DNA of 64,000 bases from Anaerolineae bacterium. GTDB lineage: Bacteria; Chloroflexota; Anaerolineae; Aggregatilineales; J027. Below the pieces are notes generated by a model. It worked only from the letters and a program-made list of their open reading frames with translations, did no database searches and was not told where the DNA came from. The position numbers were made by a program, and so were the translations under genes. Where the stretch lies: assembly GCA_021463865.1 (NCBI GenBank), contig JAJTXY010000004.1:162858-226857 (forward strand), written 5' to 3'. Of this stretch, positions 63,911 through 64,000 are shown piece by piece (the stretch's first letter is position 1; each line of letters starts with the position of its first letter).

Positions 63911-64000
63911 GAGACACTATTGCGCGAAAGGGTTTGATTTTTATAGAATCAAAATGTGATCTGTGCGGAATTTCGCCGCGACACTATTGATGGATGTGTG

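Overview
The window is 64 kb of bacterial chromosome. By eye it looks Chloroflexota-like: Pro/Thr-rich linkers, FGE-sulfatase fusions, DUF104, frequent TTG/GTG starts, roughly 50-55% GC. This taxonomic call is inference only. All calls come from reading the ORF translations and the DNA; no searches were run.

I support about 48 protein-coding genes.
- Left edge: a 3'-truncated cysS that is missing from the ORF track.
- 1.4-9 kb: a cell-envelope block with a TPR-lytic transglycosylase, an ArnT/PMT-like membrane glycosyltransferase, a radical SAM/SPASM enzyme, an O-antigen-ligase-like protein and a GH2 sugar-binding-domain-only protein.
- 9-16 kb: mreC-mreD-PBP2, a split DUF35 pair and glutamate dehydrogenase.
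- 15.8-18 kb: a large REC-domain protein with an apparent degenerate IS200/Y1-transposase-like C-terminus.
- 18.2-30.9 kb: six tandem, individually terminated paralogues of a family-5 (DppA/OppA-type) solute-binding protein. No permease or ATPase genes are present.
- 31-34.5 kb, directly upstream of the array: a soluble PAS histidine kinase flanked by two paralogous stand-alone receivers, plus a polytopic membrane protein.
- 34.8-37.2 kb: LysE, PNPOx-like, flavin reductase and AMMECR1 genes.
- 38.4-40.3 kb: a TIR/FGE-sulfatase fusion protein with two overlapping small genes, one of them DUF104 antitoxin-like.
- 42.8-50.7 kb: dense signal transduction, with REC-GAF-class III cyclase, a KdpDE-like pair, and HK+RR+RR.
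- 50.8-55.8 kb: a FemAB / TPR / HGS-pseudokinase / Ppx-GppA operon.
- Right end: MutS2, an ABC-F ATPase, and a membrane protein with a TIR-like N-terminus and FecR plus Ig-like domains.

I recognised no rRNA, tRNA, CRISPR array, integrase or intact transposase.

Non-coding observations:
- a ~65-nt hairpin-containing repeat at two distant intergenic sites;
- homologous ~320-400 nt leaders with a near-consensus promoter upstream of two of the SBP genes;
- a 3 x 10-nt tandem repeat;
- a recurring GCCAGGACA hairpin loop.

The most interesting candidates are the TIR-FGE locus and the orphan six-gene SBP array with its adjacent output-less two-component module.
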